The notes below the pieces were generated by a model. That model was given only the letters and a program-made list of their open reading frames with translations, was not told where the DNA came from and searched no databases. From the NCBI GenBank assembly GCA_035626915.1, contig DASPMS010000011.1, forward strand, positions 16,179 to 80,178: a stretch of DNA of 64,000 nucleotides, written 5' to 3'. Source of the stretch: Opitutaceae bacterium (GTDB lineage Bacteria; Verrucomicrobiota; Verrucomicrobiia; Opitutales; Opitutaceae). A program made the translations under genes and the position numbers. Position 1 is the stretch's first letter, and each line of letters opens with the position of its first letter. Below are positions 36,417 to 45,537 of the stretch, in pieces.

Positions 36417-36503
36417 CCCGCGCGGGCCCGCCACCCGCGGGCCCGTCCGGGCGCGGCGTCGGCCCCGGGCGGCCCGATCCGGCCCGCCGCGCCTCACGGA
36501 CCC

Positions 36504-38537
36504 ATGGGCCATCTGCATTTCTTCGACCTGCTGGTGATCGGGGCGTACCTGGTGCTGCTCATCGTGCTGGGACGCCAGGCGGGCCGGAAGTCGAGCGCGC
36601 GCGGCGAGGAGGGATTCTTCCTCGCGGGGCGGACGCTCGGGAAGTTCTACCAGTTCGTTCTCAACTTCGGGAACGCCACCGACGCGAACAACGCCGTCAG
36701 CACCGCGAGCCTGGTGTATCAGCAGGGCGTCTCCGGCGCGTGGCTTTCGTTCCAGATGGTTTTCATGAACCCCTATTTCTGGTTCATGAACGTGTGGTTC
36801 CGCCGGGTCCGGCTGATGACGATGGCTGACCTGCTGGAACAGCGCATGAACAGCCGCGCGCTCGCGCGCTTCTATGCGCTCCTCCAGATCCTGGTGACGG
36901 TCATCATCACCGTCGGCTTCGGCAATCTCGTCACCTACAAGATCAGCACCGCCGTCGTCGTGAAACCGGAGTCCGCCTGGACGGCGGCGGAGCGCGATTC
37001 CGTCGAGAGCTACGGAACCTGGCGGCGCCTGGAGGCCGCGGCGGCCGCCGGGGTGCTGGACGCCGTCCAGCGGGGCCAGCTCGACGTGCTGCGCGAACGG
37101 GCGGCGCGCGGCGAGCTGAAAAACTCCGTCAGCCCGTTTGCCCCGCTGCCGTTCTACCTGGCCTACACGCTGGTGGTCGGCACCTACATCCTGATGGGAG
37201 GGATGACCGCGACGGCCGTGAACGAAATCGTGCAGTCGGTGCTGATCATCGTCTTTTCCGTGATGCTCCTGCCGGTCGGGTTGCAGGCCATCGGCGGATT
37301 CGACGAACTGGCCCGCAAGGTGCCGGCGGCGATGTTCGAGTTCTTCGGCTCCAACACCAGCCAGGTCAGCGGGCTGACGATCGCCGCCGTGTTCCTCGTC
37401 TCGTGGGTGCAGATCACGGGCATCATGGGCAACATGACCATCGGCGGCTCGGCCCGCAGCGAATTCTCGGCGCGCTTCGGGGCGGTCGGCGGCACGTACG
37501 CGAAGCGGTTCATGGTGATCCTCTGGTCGTTCTGCGGGCTGGTCGCGTATGCCCATTATTCGGGCGACAACCGGCTGGCCGACGCCGACCTGGCCTGGGG
37601 CATGATGTCGCGCGACCTGCTGGGGCCGGGGCTGCTGGGCGTGATGCTGGCCGGCGTGCTGGCCGCGAACATGTCGTCGGTGTCCGCGCAGGCGATGTCG
37701 GCCTCGGCCATCGCGGTGCGGAACCTCTGGCAGCCGTGGCGGCCGGGGATGACGGAACAGCAGACGGTGAACGCCGGGCGATGGGTCATCACGGCGCTGC
37801 TGCTGCTTGGGATCGCCGCCGCGCTGCTCGCCCAGGACATCTTCACCTTCTTCCAGCTGATGCTCACGATCAACGTGCCGTTTGGCGCGGCCGTGCTGCT
37901 GATGTTCTTCTGGCGCCGGCTCACGGCCCCCGCGGTGTGGTGCGCCGTCCTGGTCTCGACGGCGCTGAACATCGTCGGGCCGCTGGCCCTGGCCCGCATC
38001 GACGCGGTGGCCACCCGCCCGAGCCTGACCGTGCGCGCGCCCGACGCCGCGGGCCGGCTGCAGCCGGTGTATTTCGAGAGCGTCGCGCGCCTGCGGCCGG
38101 ACGACCCCGCGAGCCCCCTGGAGGGCCGGGTGCGCTTCCACGCCGAGCTCTATGTGCTGAAGCTGGCCGGGCTGTCGGTCGAATCCCTGTCCCCGGGACA
38201 CCGTTTCGCGGCGCGCCTGATCTTCAACGCGGTCCTGCCCTTCGCCCTGCTGTTCGGCGTCAGCCTGGTGACGCGTCCGCCGCCCAAGCCGATGCTCGAC
38301 CAGTTCTTCGGGAAGATGAAGACGCCCGTGGCGGAGGATCCCGAGGACGACCGGGCCGCGATGCAGGCGACGGAGCGCGATCCCGCCCGGTTCGATCACC
38401 TCAAGCTGTTCCCGAGTTCCTCCTGGGAGTTCACCCGCTGGAACCGGCTGGATGCCTGGGGATTCCTGACGTGTGTTGCGGTTTCGGGCTCGATCGTGTT
38501 CCTTTTCTGGGCCCTGCTCCGGCTCGCCGCGTCGTGA
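36504..38537 (+). CDS. Sodium:solute symporter (SSS) family transporter, long form with cytoplasmic/periplasmic insertions
   Basis: 677 aa, multi-TM, with SSS-like N-terminus FFLAGRTLGKFYQFVLNFGNATDANNAVSTASLVYQQGVSGAW. Confidence 0.75.
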   Translation: MGHLHFFDLLVIGAYLVLLIVLGRQAGRKSSARGEEGFFLAGRTLGKFYQFVLNFGNATDANNAVSTASLVYQQGVSGAWLSFQMVFMNPYFWFMNVWFRRVRLMTMADLLEQRMNSRALARFYALLQILVTVIITVGFGNLVTYKISTAVVVKPESAWTAAERDSVESYGTWRRLEAAAAAGVLDAVQRGQLDVLRERAARGELKNSVSPFAPLPFYLAYTLVVGTYILMGGMTATAVNEIVQSVLIIVFSVMLLPVGLQAIGGFDELARKVPAAMFEFFGSNTSQVSGLTIAAVFLVSWVQITGIMGNMTIGGSARSEFSARFGAVGGTYAKRFMVILWSFCGLVAYAHYSGDNRLADADLAWGMMSRDLLGPGLLGVMLAGVLAANMSSVSAQAMSASAIAVRNLWQPWRPGMTEQQTVNAGRWVITALLLLGIAAALLAQDIFTFFQLMLTINVPFGAAVLLMFFWRRLTAPAVWCAVLVSTALNIVGPLALARIDAVATRPSLTVRAPDAAGRLQPVYFESVARLRPDDPASPLEGRVRFHAELYVLKLAGLSVESLSPGHRFAARLIFNAVLPFALLFGVSLVTRPPPKPMLDQFFGKMKTPVAEDPEDDRAAMQATERDPARFDHLKLFPSSSWEFTRWNRLDAWGFLTCVAVSGSIVFLFWALLRLAAS

Positions 38538-38622
38538 TGATCGGGCGCGCAGTCCTGCCTGGCCGGCACGCTCCGGGCGACCGTCCCGCCCGATCGCGCC
38601 AGCGTTCGGAACCGCCTCCGCC

Positions 38623-40689
38623 ATGAGACTCTTCCCGCTTCTATTTCTGCTGGCCTGTCCCTCTTTCTTGCGGGCCGACTATCCGATCGGCAGCCCGGAG
38701 GTTCCGGAGGTGCGGATCCACCCGGATCCGGCGGCTTTCGCCGTCCATGCGCGGCATCCGCGCCTGTTCTTCCGGGACACCGATCTTCCGGCCATCCGCG
38801 CGCGCATCGGCGGGGCGTATCGGGATGAATGGCGGGAAATGACCGCCCACCTCGAAAAGGCGGGCCTGGCCAAGGCCCCCGCGGAATTCGCGCGCCAGCC
38901 TTACCTCAAGGACTGGGAGATCGTGCGGAACATCACGTTCGCCGCGGCGGTGACGGGCGAGGACCGTTACGTCGACTGGGCGAAGGAATGGGCGCGCTGC
39001 CTCGCGGCGGCGGGCCCGGTCGGCAACGACACCGAGTACCGCGGCCGGCTGCAGTGCCTGGCGATCGCGTACGACTGGCTGCACGACCGGCTTTCCGAGT
39101 CCGAACGGAAGGTCCTCGCGGACGCGATCCTCGCCCACATCGACCGCGCGTGGCATTTCGCGGAGGGCGGGACGAACTACGTCGGCGGCCACTCGCGCTG
39201 GGGGAACTTCGCGCTCACCGCCGGCGTGCTCGCCCTGGTGTCCGAGCGGCCCGAGCTCCGGGCCAAGCTGCTCCGGCTGCGCGAACACTGGGTCGACGGC
39301 TATTTCCCCGCGCAGGGCTGGATCGCGCAGGACGGCGGCTACCACATGGGGTGGGCCTACAGCGCGGCCTACCTGACCGCGAGCATCCACTACGTGTGGT
39401 CGACCGCGACCAACGAGTGCGTGTTCTTCCCCTGGCAGGCGCGGATCCCCTGGTTCTGGATCTATGGCCGGCAGGGCGACGGCACCTATCCCAACGCGGG
39501 CGACGCCTACACGGTGGTCGACGACCTGAACACGTACCAGTCCGACCTCCTGATCCTCGCCGCCGGCGTGCTGAAGGAGCCGCGGGCGCGGTGGGCGCTG
39601 CGCGACCGCACCAACCGCTTCGCCGACATCCTCTACCTGGACAAGGCCGTCCGGCCGCGCGCGCCCGACGATCCCGCCGATCCGCTGCCGCTGAGCCGCC
39701 ACTTCCGCAACGCCGGCGTCGTCGTCGCCCGCGACCGCTGGGGCGCGCGAACCACGCACTTCCAGTTCACGTCGACGCCGTTCTATTCGACCAACCACCT
39801 GCACCGCGACGCGAACTCCTTCACGCTCCACTACCGCGGCGCGCTCGCGGTGGATTCGGGGTTCTACGACGAGAACGGCCGGAACAAAGGGGGCTACGGC
39901 GGGACGCACTGGCGGAACTACTTCACCCGCACGATCGCCCACAACGCGATCACCGTCTTCGACCCGGACCAGAAGATGACCGTGCTCGGCGAGCCGGCGT
40001 CGAACGATGGCGGCCAGGTGTTCCGGGAGGATCCGACGAAGCTCGCCGACCTCCTGCCGGGCGGGTCCGCCAGCCTGGACGGCATCGTGGCGTACGAGGC
40101 CAACGACGACTACACGTACGCCGTCGGCGACGCCACCCGGGCCTACGATCCCGCGCGGGTGCGGCTCGCGCAGCGCGAGGTGGTCTACCTGCGCCGGTCG
40201 GCGCGCGCGCAGCCGGTCGTGGTGGTGTTCGACCGCGTGGAGAGCGCCCAGGCGCGGTTCGAGAAGCGCTTTCTCCTCCACACGGTGCGTGAGCCCGCGA
40301 TCGCCGGAAACACGGCGGTCGCGGAGAACCACGGCGGGCGGCTGACCTGCCTGACCCTGCTGCCGGCGGACGCCCGCCTGGAGGCGATCGGCGGCCCGGG
40401 AAAGGAAGCGTGGGTCGACGGCCGGAACTATCCGTGGGACGAGACCGCGCGCAAGCGCCCGCAGCGCGAGCTCGCGATGTGGCGCGTGGAGGTGAGGCCC
40501 GGCGCGCCGCGCCTGCGCGACGACTTTCTCCACGTGCTTTTCGTCGACGACGCCTCCGCGCCCGCGCCGGCCGCGGCGGACGCGCGCCTGATCGAATCCG
40601 ACGGAGCCCGCGGCGTGGAGGTGGCGGGTTGGCGGGTCCTTTTCTCCCGCGAGTCCGGCCAGAAGGCGGTCATCCAGCGGCTGCCCTGA
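38623..40689 (+). CDS. Heparinase II/III-family polysaccharide lyase-like protein (secreted)
   Basis: In-frame ATG at 38623 (MRLFPLLFLLACPSFLRA). An alpha/alpha-toroid-like N-terminal half (RLQCLAIAYDWLHD, GGHSRWGN) is followed by the Hepar_II_III signature NHLHRDANSFTLHYRGALAVDSGFYD and HNAITV. Confidence 0.75.
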   Translation: MRLFPLLFLLACPSFLRADYPIGSPEVPEVRIHPDPAAFAVHARHPRLFFRDTDLPAIRARIGGAYRDEWREMTAHLEKAGLAKAPAEFARQPYLKDWEIVRNITFAAAVTGEDRYVDWAKEWARCLAAAGPVGNDTEYRGRLQCLAIAYDWLHDRLSESERKVLADAILAHIDRAWHFAEGGTNYVGGHSRWGNFALTAGVLALVSERPELRAKLLRLREHWVDGYFPAQGWIAQDGGYHMGWAYSAAYLTASIHYVWSTATNECVFFPWQARIPWFWIYGRQGDGTYPNAGDAYTVVDDLNTYQSDLLILAAGVLKEPRARWALRDRTNRFADILYLDKAVRPRAPDDPADPLPLSRHFRNAGVVVARDRWGARTTHFQFTSTPFYSTNHLHRDANSFTLHYRGALAVDSGFYDENGRNKGGYGGTHWRNYFTRTIAHNAITVFDPDQKMTVLGEPASNDGGQVFREDPTKLADLLPGGSASLDGIVAYEANDDYTYAVGDATRAYDPARVRLAQREVVYLRRSARAQPVVVVFDRVESAQARFEKRFLLHTVREPAIAGNTAVAENHGGRLTCLTLLPADARLEAIGGPGKEAWVDGRNYPWDETARKRPQRELAMWRVEVRPGAPRLRDDFLHVLFVDDASAPAPAAADARLIESDGARGVEVAGWRVLFSRESGQKAVIQRLP

Positions 40690-40886
40690 GCGTGCAAAGC
40701 CTGAGTCTCATCCGTGTCCGTCCGCGCAATCCGTGGTCAAAAAGGTCTGACCACTGATTGCCGTCAGAAAACGGCTTGGGAGATGTGTTTAACCCCGTGC
40801 GCGTGCGGCCGCAGGGATTCATTTTCCGGCGAGCTGACAAGAAGGCGCTCACGCTCGCGGGAGGCGAGCAATCGTCCGCGCGGGGC

Positions 40887-41816
40887 TCACTCCCACGGCT
40901 GGATCTCGAACTCGAAGCGCACCTTGAAGCGCTCGGTGGTCCCGGCGGGCACGGGAAAGCCGGCGAAACCGACCAGCTTCTCGAAGATGACCTTGTCGGC
41001 CTTCGCCTCCCAGCCGTCCTTGTTGTTGTGGATGATTTGGCGCCTGGCCGCGGCCGCGGCGAAGGGCTGGTCGTAGAAGAGCTTGAGGAAGATCGGCTGG
41101 GTCCGGCGCAGGCGGAGCTGGGCCTCCAGCGGATAGTCGACGCCCTCGGGCAGCGCGGTCGCCCCGTCCCGGCCGCTGGACCCGCAGTACACCCAGCCGC
41201 CGCGGCCCTGGGTGCGCATCGGCGTGAACGCGCCGTGCGAGTCCGCGATCTGCGTGCGGTCGAAATGCGGGTCGAACGCGATCGACGAGAGGTCGATCAG
41301 CGCCGTGAGCGAGCCCTCGATCTGCACCCCGGCGGGCGTGAACGTGTAGGTGCGCTCGTGCGTGTAGTGCCGGTTCGGCGAGGGCCCGCCGACCGCGATC
41401 ACGATCCGCTCCGGCGCATGCTCGCGGAGCTCGAAGCGCTCGACCGGAAAGCGCGCGTAGTTCTCGCGGCCCTTGGTCATCGTCCCTTCGACGCCGAGCG
41501 AGTTCTTCGACATCACGATGGTCAGCGGCCACTGGCCGGTGCGCGAGCCGAGCGGGCGCGGGTGGTCGGCCGGGACGTGCAGCGCGCTGATGTTGCCCGC
41601 GTCGTCGCGACGGACCACGGCCTTCCACGACGGGATCCCGAGATAGCCGCCGCGTCCGGAAAATTCCACGGTGTACACGCCCGGTTCCTCGGCGAGCTTC
41701 AGGACGCCGCGATCGGGCTCGGCGGCCGGTCCGGCGCCGGGTGCGCAGGAAAGGAGGGCGGCGAGGAGCGAGGCGCGGCCGAGCCGGCGCCGGAGGGGGT
41801 GGGGCGGGGTGGGCAT
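40887..41816 (-). CDS. Hypothetical secreted protein, last gene of the Gfo / serine-hydrolase-fusion operon
   Basis: In-frame ATG 41816..41814 (MPTPPHPLRRRLGRASLLAALLSCAPG, a signal or lipoprotein-like Cys). 309 aa of beta-rich-looking sequence. No family recognised. It starts 10 nt after the upstream stop. Confidence 0.6.
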   Translation of the reverse strand: MPTPPHPLRRRLGRASLLAALLSCAPGAGPAAEPDRGVLKLAEEPGVYTVEFSGRGGYLGIPSWKAVVRRDDAGNISALHVPADHPRPLGSRTGQWPLTIVMSKNSLGVEGTMTKGRENYARFPVERFELREHAPERIVIAVGGPSPNRHYTHERTYTFTPAGVQIEGSLTALIDLSSIAFDPHFDRTQIADSHGAFTPMRTQGRGGWVYCGSSGRDGATALPEGVDYPLEAQLRLRRTQPIFLKLFYDQPFAAAAARRQIIHNNKDGWEAKADKVIFEKLVGFAGFPVPAGTTERFKVRFEFEIQPWE

Positions 41817-41826
41817 GGGAATTCCT

Positions 41827-43947
41827 TCAGCGCGCCGGGCCGCGTCCCGGCACGAACTCGGCGCGGCGGACGGAGAACGCATCGTCGCCGGAAAAGAGGA
41901 GCCAGCCCCCGCGCCCGTCCGGGTCCAGCCACTTGGACGGGAAGTGGCTCGATTCGCCCGGCCCCATGTCCCAGGTGTCGGTGAAGAATGCCGTGGTCCA
42001 CGGGCCCCAGGGCTCCGGCGCGTCGTAGATGCCGAAACCGCCGGCGTAGCGGGTGTCGGTGCCCCGCCCGGTGGTCGTGAGCAGGTAGCGCTTCAGGCCC
42101 GGGCTGTACGTGATGTGCGAGCGGTAGCAGGCCCCCGCGTTCTCGAATATGCCGCCGCGCTGCGCGATGTCGCGGCTCCAGGTCGCCGCGCCTCCGGCGT
42201 CGCGGCGGACGAAATACTCGTAGGCGGCGGGGTCGCGCAGCCGGCGCCGGGGGACGCGCGCGAGCACGAGCCGGTCCGCCCGTTCGTACGCCGTGTCGGC
42301 GTCGGGGGAGACGACGTACACGTAGCCGTCGCGCGCGCCGGCGTAGTTCGCGCCGAAGTTGACGAACGCCGGGCAGCCGAAGCTCTCGTTGAATTTCCAG
42401 TCGCTCCACGCCCACGTCGCGCCGCGGTCCTCCGACCAGGCGAGCTGCGCGTTGCCCGCGTTCCGGGCCAGGAGGTACAGCACGCCGTCGATCATCAGCA
42501 GTCCGCTCGACTTCCGGCCGCCGCGGCCGTCGCCGTGCTGCTCGCCGGAGGGCGAGCGAAGGTTGGCCGCCGCAAGGGCCGGCGGCCGGCCGGCGATGCG
42601 GGCGAAGCCGAGGCTCAGCTTCTCCGCGGTGAAGGGCGGGAATCCGTTGCCGTCGCCGTAGGCGGTGTAGAGGTGGTCATCGTCGCCCCAGGTGGAGGGC
42701 CAGTTGTCGCTCCCCGGCGCGAGGCGGATGACGGAATCCGCGGGGGCCCACCGGACCTCGGCGATGAACGGGCTGGGCGGGTAGGGCGCCCGGGTCTCGC
42801 GGAGGAGGGCGTCGAGCACGGGGTTGACGACGAGCCTTTCCATGGCGCGGAGCGTGTCGGTGTTCGGCGGGAGCCCGGCGCCGTTGCGCACGACGATCAG
42901 GTCGAGGCTGGGCGCCACGAACAGGAATTGTCCGCCGGCGCCCAGGCCCCAGAAGGCGTCGTCGGGCGCCTGCGCGAGCACGCGCGCGCCGTCGGGCCGG
43001 CGGTTCACCCACCAGGCGAGGCCCGAGAAGTTGGGCAATCCCGCGTGCCGGGTCGCGGCGGTCGCGAGTTCGAACGGGATCACCTGTTCCTCGTCCCAGT
43101 CGCCGCGCCGGGCGAGCAGGCGGCCGACGCGGGCGGCGGCGTTCGGGCTGAAGTTGGCGCCGCCCCAGATCCCGACAGCCGAGAGTCCGTCGAGCGCGAT
43201 CGGCCCGTCGTAGCCGGCGGACCACTCCGCGTCCGGCACGCCGATGCGGCGCAGGATGCGCTCGCGGATGAGCTGGATCACGTCCCGGTGCGGCGTGTCG
43301 CGCAGGCGGGCGGCCAGGCAGTAGCCGAGCGCGGCCATGCCGGGATTGCTGTAGCGCGCCTGCTCGCCCGGGGGAAAAAGCACGGGTGCGTCGATGAGGG
43401 AGATCGTGAACGGATCGCGCGGGGGAGGGAGCCGCTTCCAGAACTCCCCCTTCCAGCCGGGCAGGTCGCGGTGCGCCACGCCGGGCTCGTTCGCGTCGTC
43501 GAGGCCCGAGGTGTGGGTCGCCAAGTGGGCGAGGGTGATCCGGCTCTTGTGCGGATCGTCGCGCCAGGCGGGGATGAAGTCCGCCGCGGCGTCGATCGGT
43601 CGCAGGTAGCCCTCGCTTTGCGCGGCGAGGAGGCCGAGCCCGCCGACGAGCGCCTTGGCGAGCGACGCCGTGTAGTGCGGCGTCGTGCGGCTGAAGCCCG
43701 GGGCGTAACGCTCGAAGACGACGTGGTCGGAGCGGATGACGAGGAAGGTCGTGGTGCGGTTGAGTTCGAGGACGCGCCAGGCGCCCTCGAGGCGCGGGCC
43801 TGAGAAGCCGTGTTCCTCCGGCGGGGCTTCGGGCCAGTCGGCGCCGAGCTTGGCCGGGGCGGCACGGCCGCCGGGAACGGACCCCAGCAGCGCCAGGGCC
43901 AGGATTCCGCGACGCCAGACCGGGGGCACTCGACCGAGGGGAATCAC
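41827..43947 (-). CDS. Fusion protein: N-terminal beta-lactamase-fold serine hydrolase plus C-terminal BNR/Asp-box beta-propeller-like domain
   Basis: GTG start at 43947..43945 (VIPLGRVPPVWRRGILALALLGS signal) overlaps the upstream stop (GTGA). The N-terminal half has S-x-x-K (YTASLAKAL), LATHTSGL and YSNPG. The C-terminal half has an Asp-box-like WSEDRGATW and propeller-like repeats (HLYTAYGDGNG, GYVYVVSPD, FGIYDAPEPWGPW). The N-terminal 414 codons of the 1120-aa track ORF overlap the Gfo gene out of frame and are rejected. Confidence 0.7.
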   Translation of the reverse strand: MIPLGRVPPVWRRGILALALLGSVPGGRAAPAKLGADWPEAPPEEHGFSGPRLEGAWRVLELNRTTTFLVIRSDHVVFERYAPGFSRTTPHYTASLAKALVGGLGLLAAQSEGYLRPIDAAADFIPAWRDDPHKSRITLAHLATHTSGLDDANEPGVAHRDLPGWKGEFWKRLPPPRDPFTISLIDAPVLFPPGEQARYSNPGMAALGYCLAARLRDTPHRDVIQLIRERILRRIGVPDAEWSAGYDGPIALDGLSAVGIWGGANFSPNAAARVGRLLARRGDWDEEQVIPFELATAATRHAGLPNFSGLAWWVNRRPDGARVLAQAPDDAFWGLGAGGQFLFVAPSLDLIVVRNGAGLPPNTDTLRAMERLVVNPVLDALLRETRAPYPPSPFIAEVRWAPADSVIRLAPGSDNWPSTWGDDDHLYTAYGDGNGFPPFTAEKLSLGFARIAGRPPALAAANLRSPSGEQHGDGRGGRKSSGLLMIDGVLYLLARNAGNAQLAWSEDRGATWAWSDWKFNESFGCPAFVNFGANYAGARDGYVYVVSPDADTAYERADRLVLARVPRRRLRDPAAYEYFVRRDAGGAATWSRDIAQRGGIFENAGACYRSHITYSPGLKRYLLTTTGRGTDTRYAGGFGIYDAPEPWGPWTTAFFTDTWDMGPGESSHFPSKWLDPDGRGGWLLFSGDDAFSVRRAEFVPGRGPAR

Positions 43948-45359
43948 ACGAGCTCGGAAAGTTGCCGGGCCGACGGTTTCAACACCAGCAGGGAATCGAG
44001 CGCGACCGGCGCGCCGGAGGCGATGCTGGCGTTGGCCGCGATCCCGACGAGGATCGACGCCGCGCCCTGTTCGTGGCCGGCCGAGCGTCCGAACGGATCG
44101 GCCGGCGGCCGCGCCGCGAAAATCTGCTCCTGCAGCAGCGGATCGCTGCCGCCGTGGTCGCCGTGGATCACGGGCACGGGCACCGCGTACGGCGCCTTGA
44201 AGTGCGGGAAGACCTGGAGCTCGTGCACCTCCTCCTGTCGCTTCGTGAGGCTCGTGCCGCCCGCGGGATCGAAGAGGTGCGCGGCGTGGAATTCCCGGTA
44301 CTCGATGCGGCCGCGGTCGCCGGTGAAGGCGACCCGGTAACCTTCGTAGGGGCTGTACGCGTTGAGCGAGTAGCTGAGCAGGGCGCCGGTGCGGTAGCGC
44401 ACCAGCACGTTCATCGTGTCCTCGATGTCGATGTCGTCCCGGAACACGTTCCGGTCGCGCACGTAGCCGGATTCCTGCTCGGCGGCGCCGAGGTAGAGGC
44501 CGCGCTCCATGGACGTGTCCTGGATCATCGACTGCTCGTAGGTGTAGGCGAACGGGTCGTCGCGGCGCGCCTGCGGGTAGTAGCGCGGGTAGGCGGCCAG
44601 CGCGTGGTCCCCGCGGCGCTCGGCGTTGGCCCGGCCGTAGAACATGAGGCCCCCCTGGGCGAACACGTCCGCCGGGATCGCGTCGATCCACCAGTTCACG
44701 AGGTCGAAGTGGTGCGTGGCCTTGTGCACGAGCAGGCCGCCGGAAAATCGCTTCTGGGCGTGCCAGCGGCGGAAGTAGTCCGCCCCGTGGCTCGTGTTGA
44801 GCAGGTACTCCAGCGTGACATGCCGCACCTGGCCGATCGTGCCGGCCGCGATCAGCTCGCGGACCTTCGTCACGCCGGGATTCCACCGATAGTTGAACGC
44901 CACCCGGACCGTCCGTCCGGTCGCCTGCACCGCGTCCAGGATCTGCCGGCATTTGGCCGCGTCGGTGGTCATCGGCTTCTCGGTCACGACGTCGCAGCCG
45001 GCGCGCAGGGCCTCCACGATGTACCGGTGGTGCTCGCTGTCCACCGTGCAGACCACGACCGTGTCCGGGCGCGTCTCCCGGAGCATGCGGCCGAAGTCGG
45101 CCGCGGCATAGGCCGGCACGTCCGCGTAGCCGAACTTGGCCTTCAGCCGGTCGCGGTGGAAGCCGGCGCGGACGAGGCTGGAGTCGCACAGGCCGACGAT
45201 GGCCGCCTCCGCCCGGAAGCGACCCGCCACGGGGTCGAGGAACATCCGCACGCGCCCGCCGGTGCCGACGTAGGCGAAGCGGGCGGGAAGGGACCGCCGG
45301 TCGGAGCCGACGGGCCCGGGCGGGGCGGCAAGGGAGGGAGCGGGGCGGAACGCGGTCAT
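43944..45359 (-). CDS. Gfo/Idh/MocA-family oxidoreductase
   Basis: In-frame ATG 45359..45357 (MTAFRPAPS...ARFAYVGTGGR). It has the EKP motif (DVVTEKPMT) and an alpha/beta dimerisation-domain-like C-terminus. 471 aa. Confidence 0.8.
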   Translation of the reverse strand: MTAFRPAPSLAAPPGPVGSDRRSLPARFAYVGTGGRVRMFLDPVAGRFRAEAAIVGLCDSSLVRAGFHRDRLKAKFGYADVPAYAAADFGRMLRETRPDTVVVCTVDSEHHRYIVEALRAGCDVVTEKPMTTDAAKCRQILDAVQATGRTVRVAFNYRWNPGVTKVRELIAAGTIGQVRHVTLEYLLNTSHGADYFRRWHAQKRFSGGLLVHKATHHFDLVNWWIDAIPADVFAQGGLMFYGRANAERRGDHALAAYPRYYPQARRDDPFAYTYEQSMIQDTSMERGLYLGAAEQESGYVRDRNVFRDDIDIEDTMNVLVRYRTGALLSYSLNAYSPYEGYRVAFTGDRGRIEYREFHAAHLFDPAGGTSLTKRQEEVHELQVFPHFKAPYAVPVPVIHGDHGGSDPLLQEQIFAARPPADPFGRSAGHEQGAASILVGIAANASIASGAPVALDSLLVLKPSARQLSELV

Positions 45360-45369
45360 TGATGGCGAA

Positions 45370-45387
45370 ATCAAATGCGCGTTAGAA
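45370..45387. promoter_or_regulatory. Operator-like palindrome, site 3 (ATCAAATGCGCGTTAGAA; imperfect)
   Basis: Lies 11 nt upstream of the Gfo operon start, in the divergent gap shared with the LacI gene. Confidence 0.45.
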
Positions 45388-45488
45388 AAGCCCTTGGCAA
45401 CCAAATTCCCGAAAGGCGGCGGCTTCCCGAAGGAGCCGGCGCCGCCGGAGGGACGGCGGTCGGAAGTTGGGCTTGCTATCGCCGGCGG

Positions 45489-45506
45489 AAATCCAACGTT
45501 GGATTT
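45489..45506. promoter_or_regulatory. Perfect 18-bp palindrome AAATCCAACGTTGGATTT (distinct from the ATGCGCAT family), candidate operator
   Basis: Read directly. It has a central CG and lies 32 nt upstream of the LacI-family regulator start codon. Confidence 0.55.
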
Positions 45507-45537
45507 GCGGCAGCCCACTCGGCCCGCCGCCCCTCCT

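Noticed and set aside
36417-36503. Direct repeat CGCGGGCCCG x2 and GC-palindromes after the TonB receptor gene
   Set aside because: These are short, self-complementary GC-rich strings expected by chance at this GC content. At most they form a weak terminator between the receptor and the second SSS gene. They are not a distinct element.
35886-38624. 912-aa minus-strand ORF
   Set aside because: It is antisense to the receptor 3' end and the second SSS transporter. It has the same R/G/A/P/H/E low-complexity composition and no recognisable domains.
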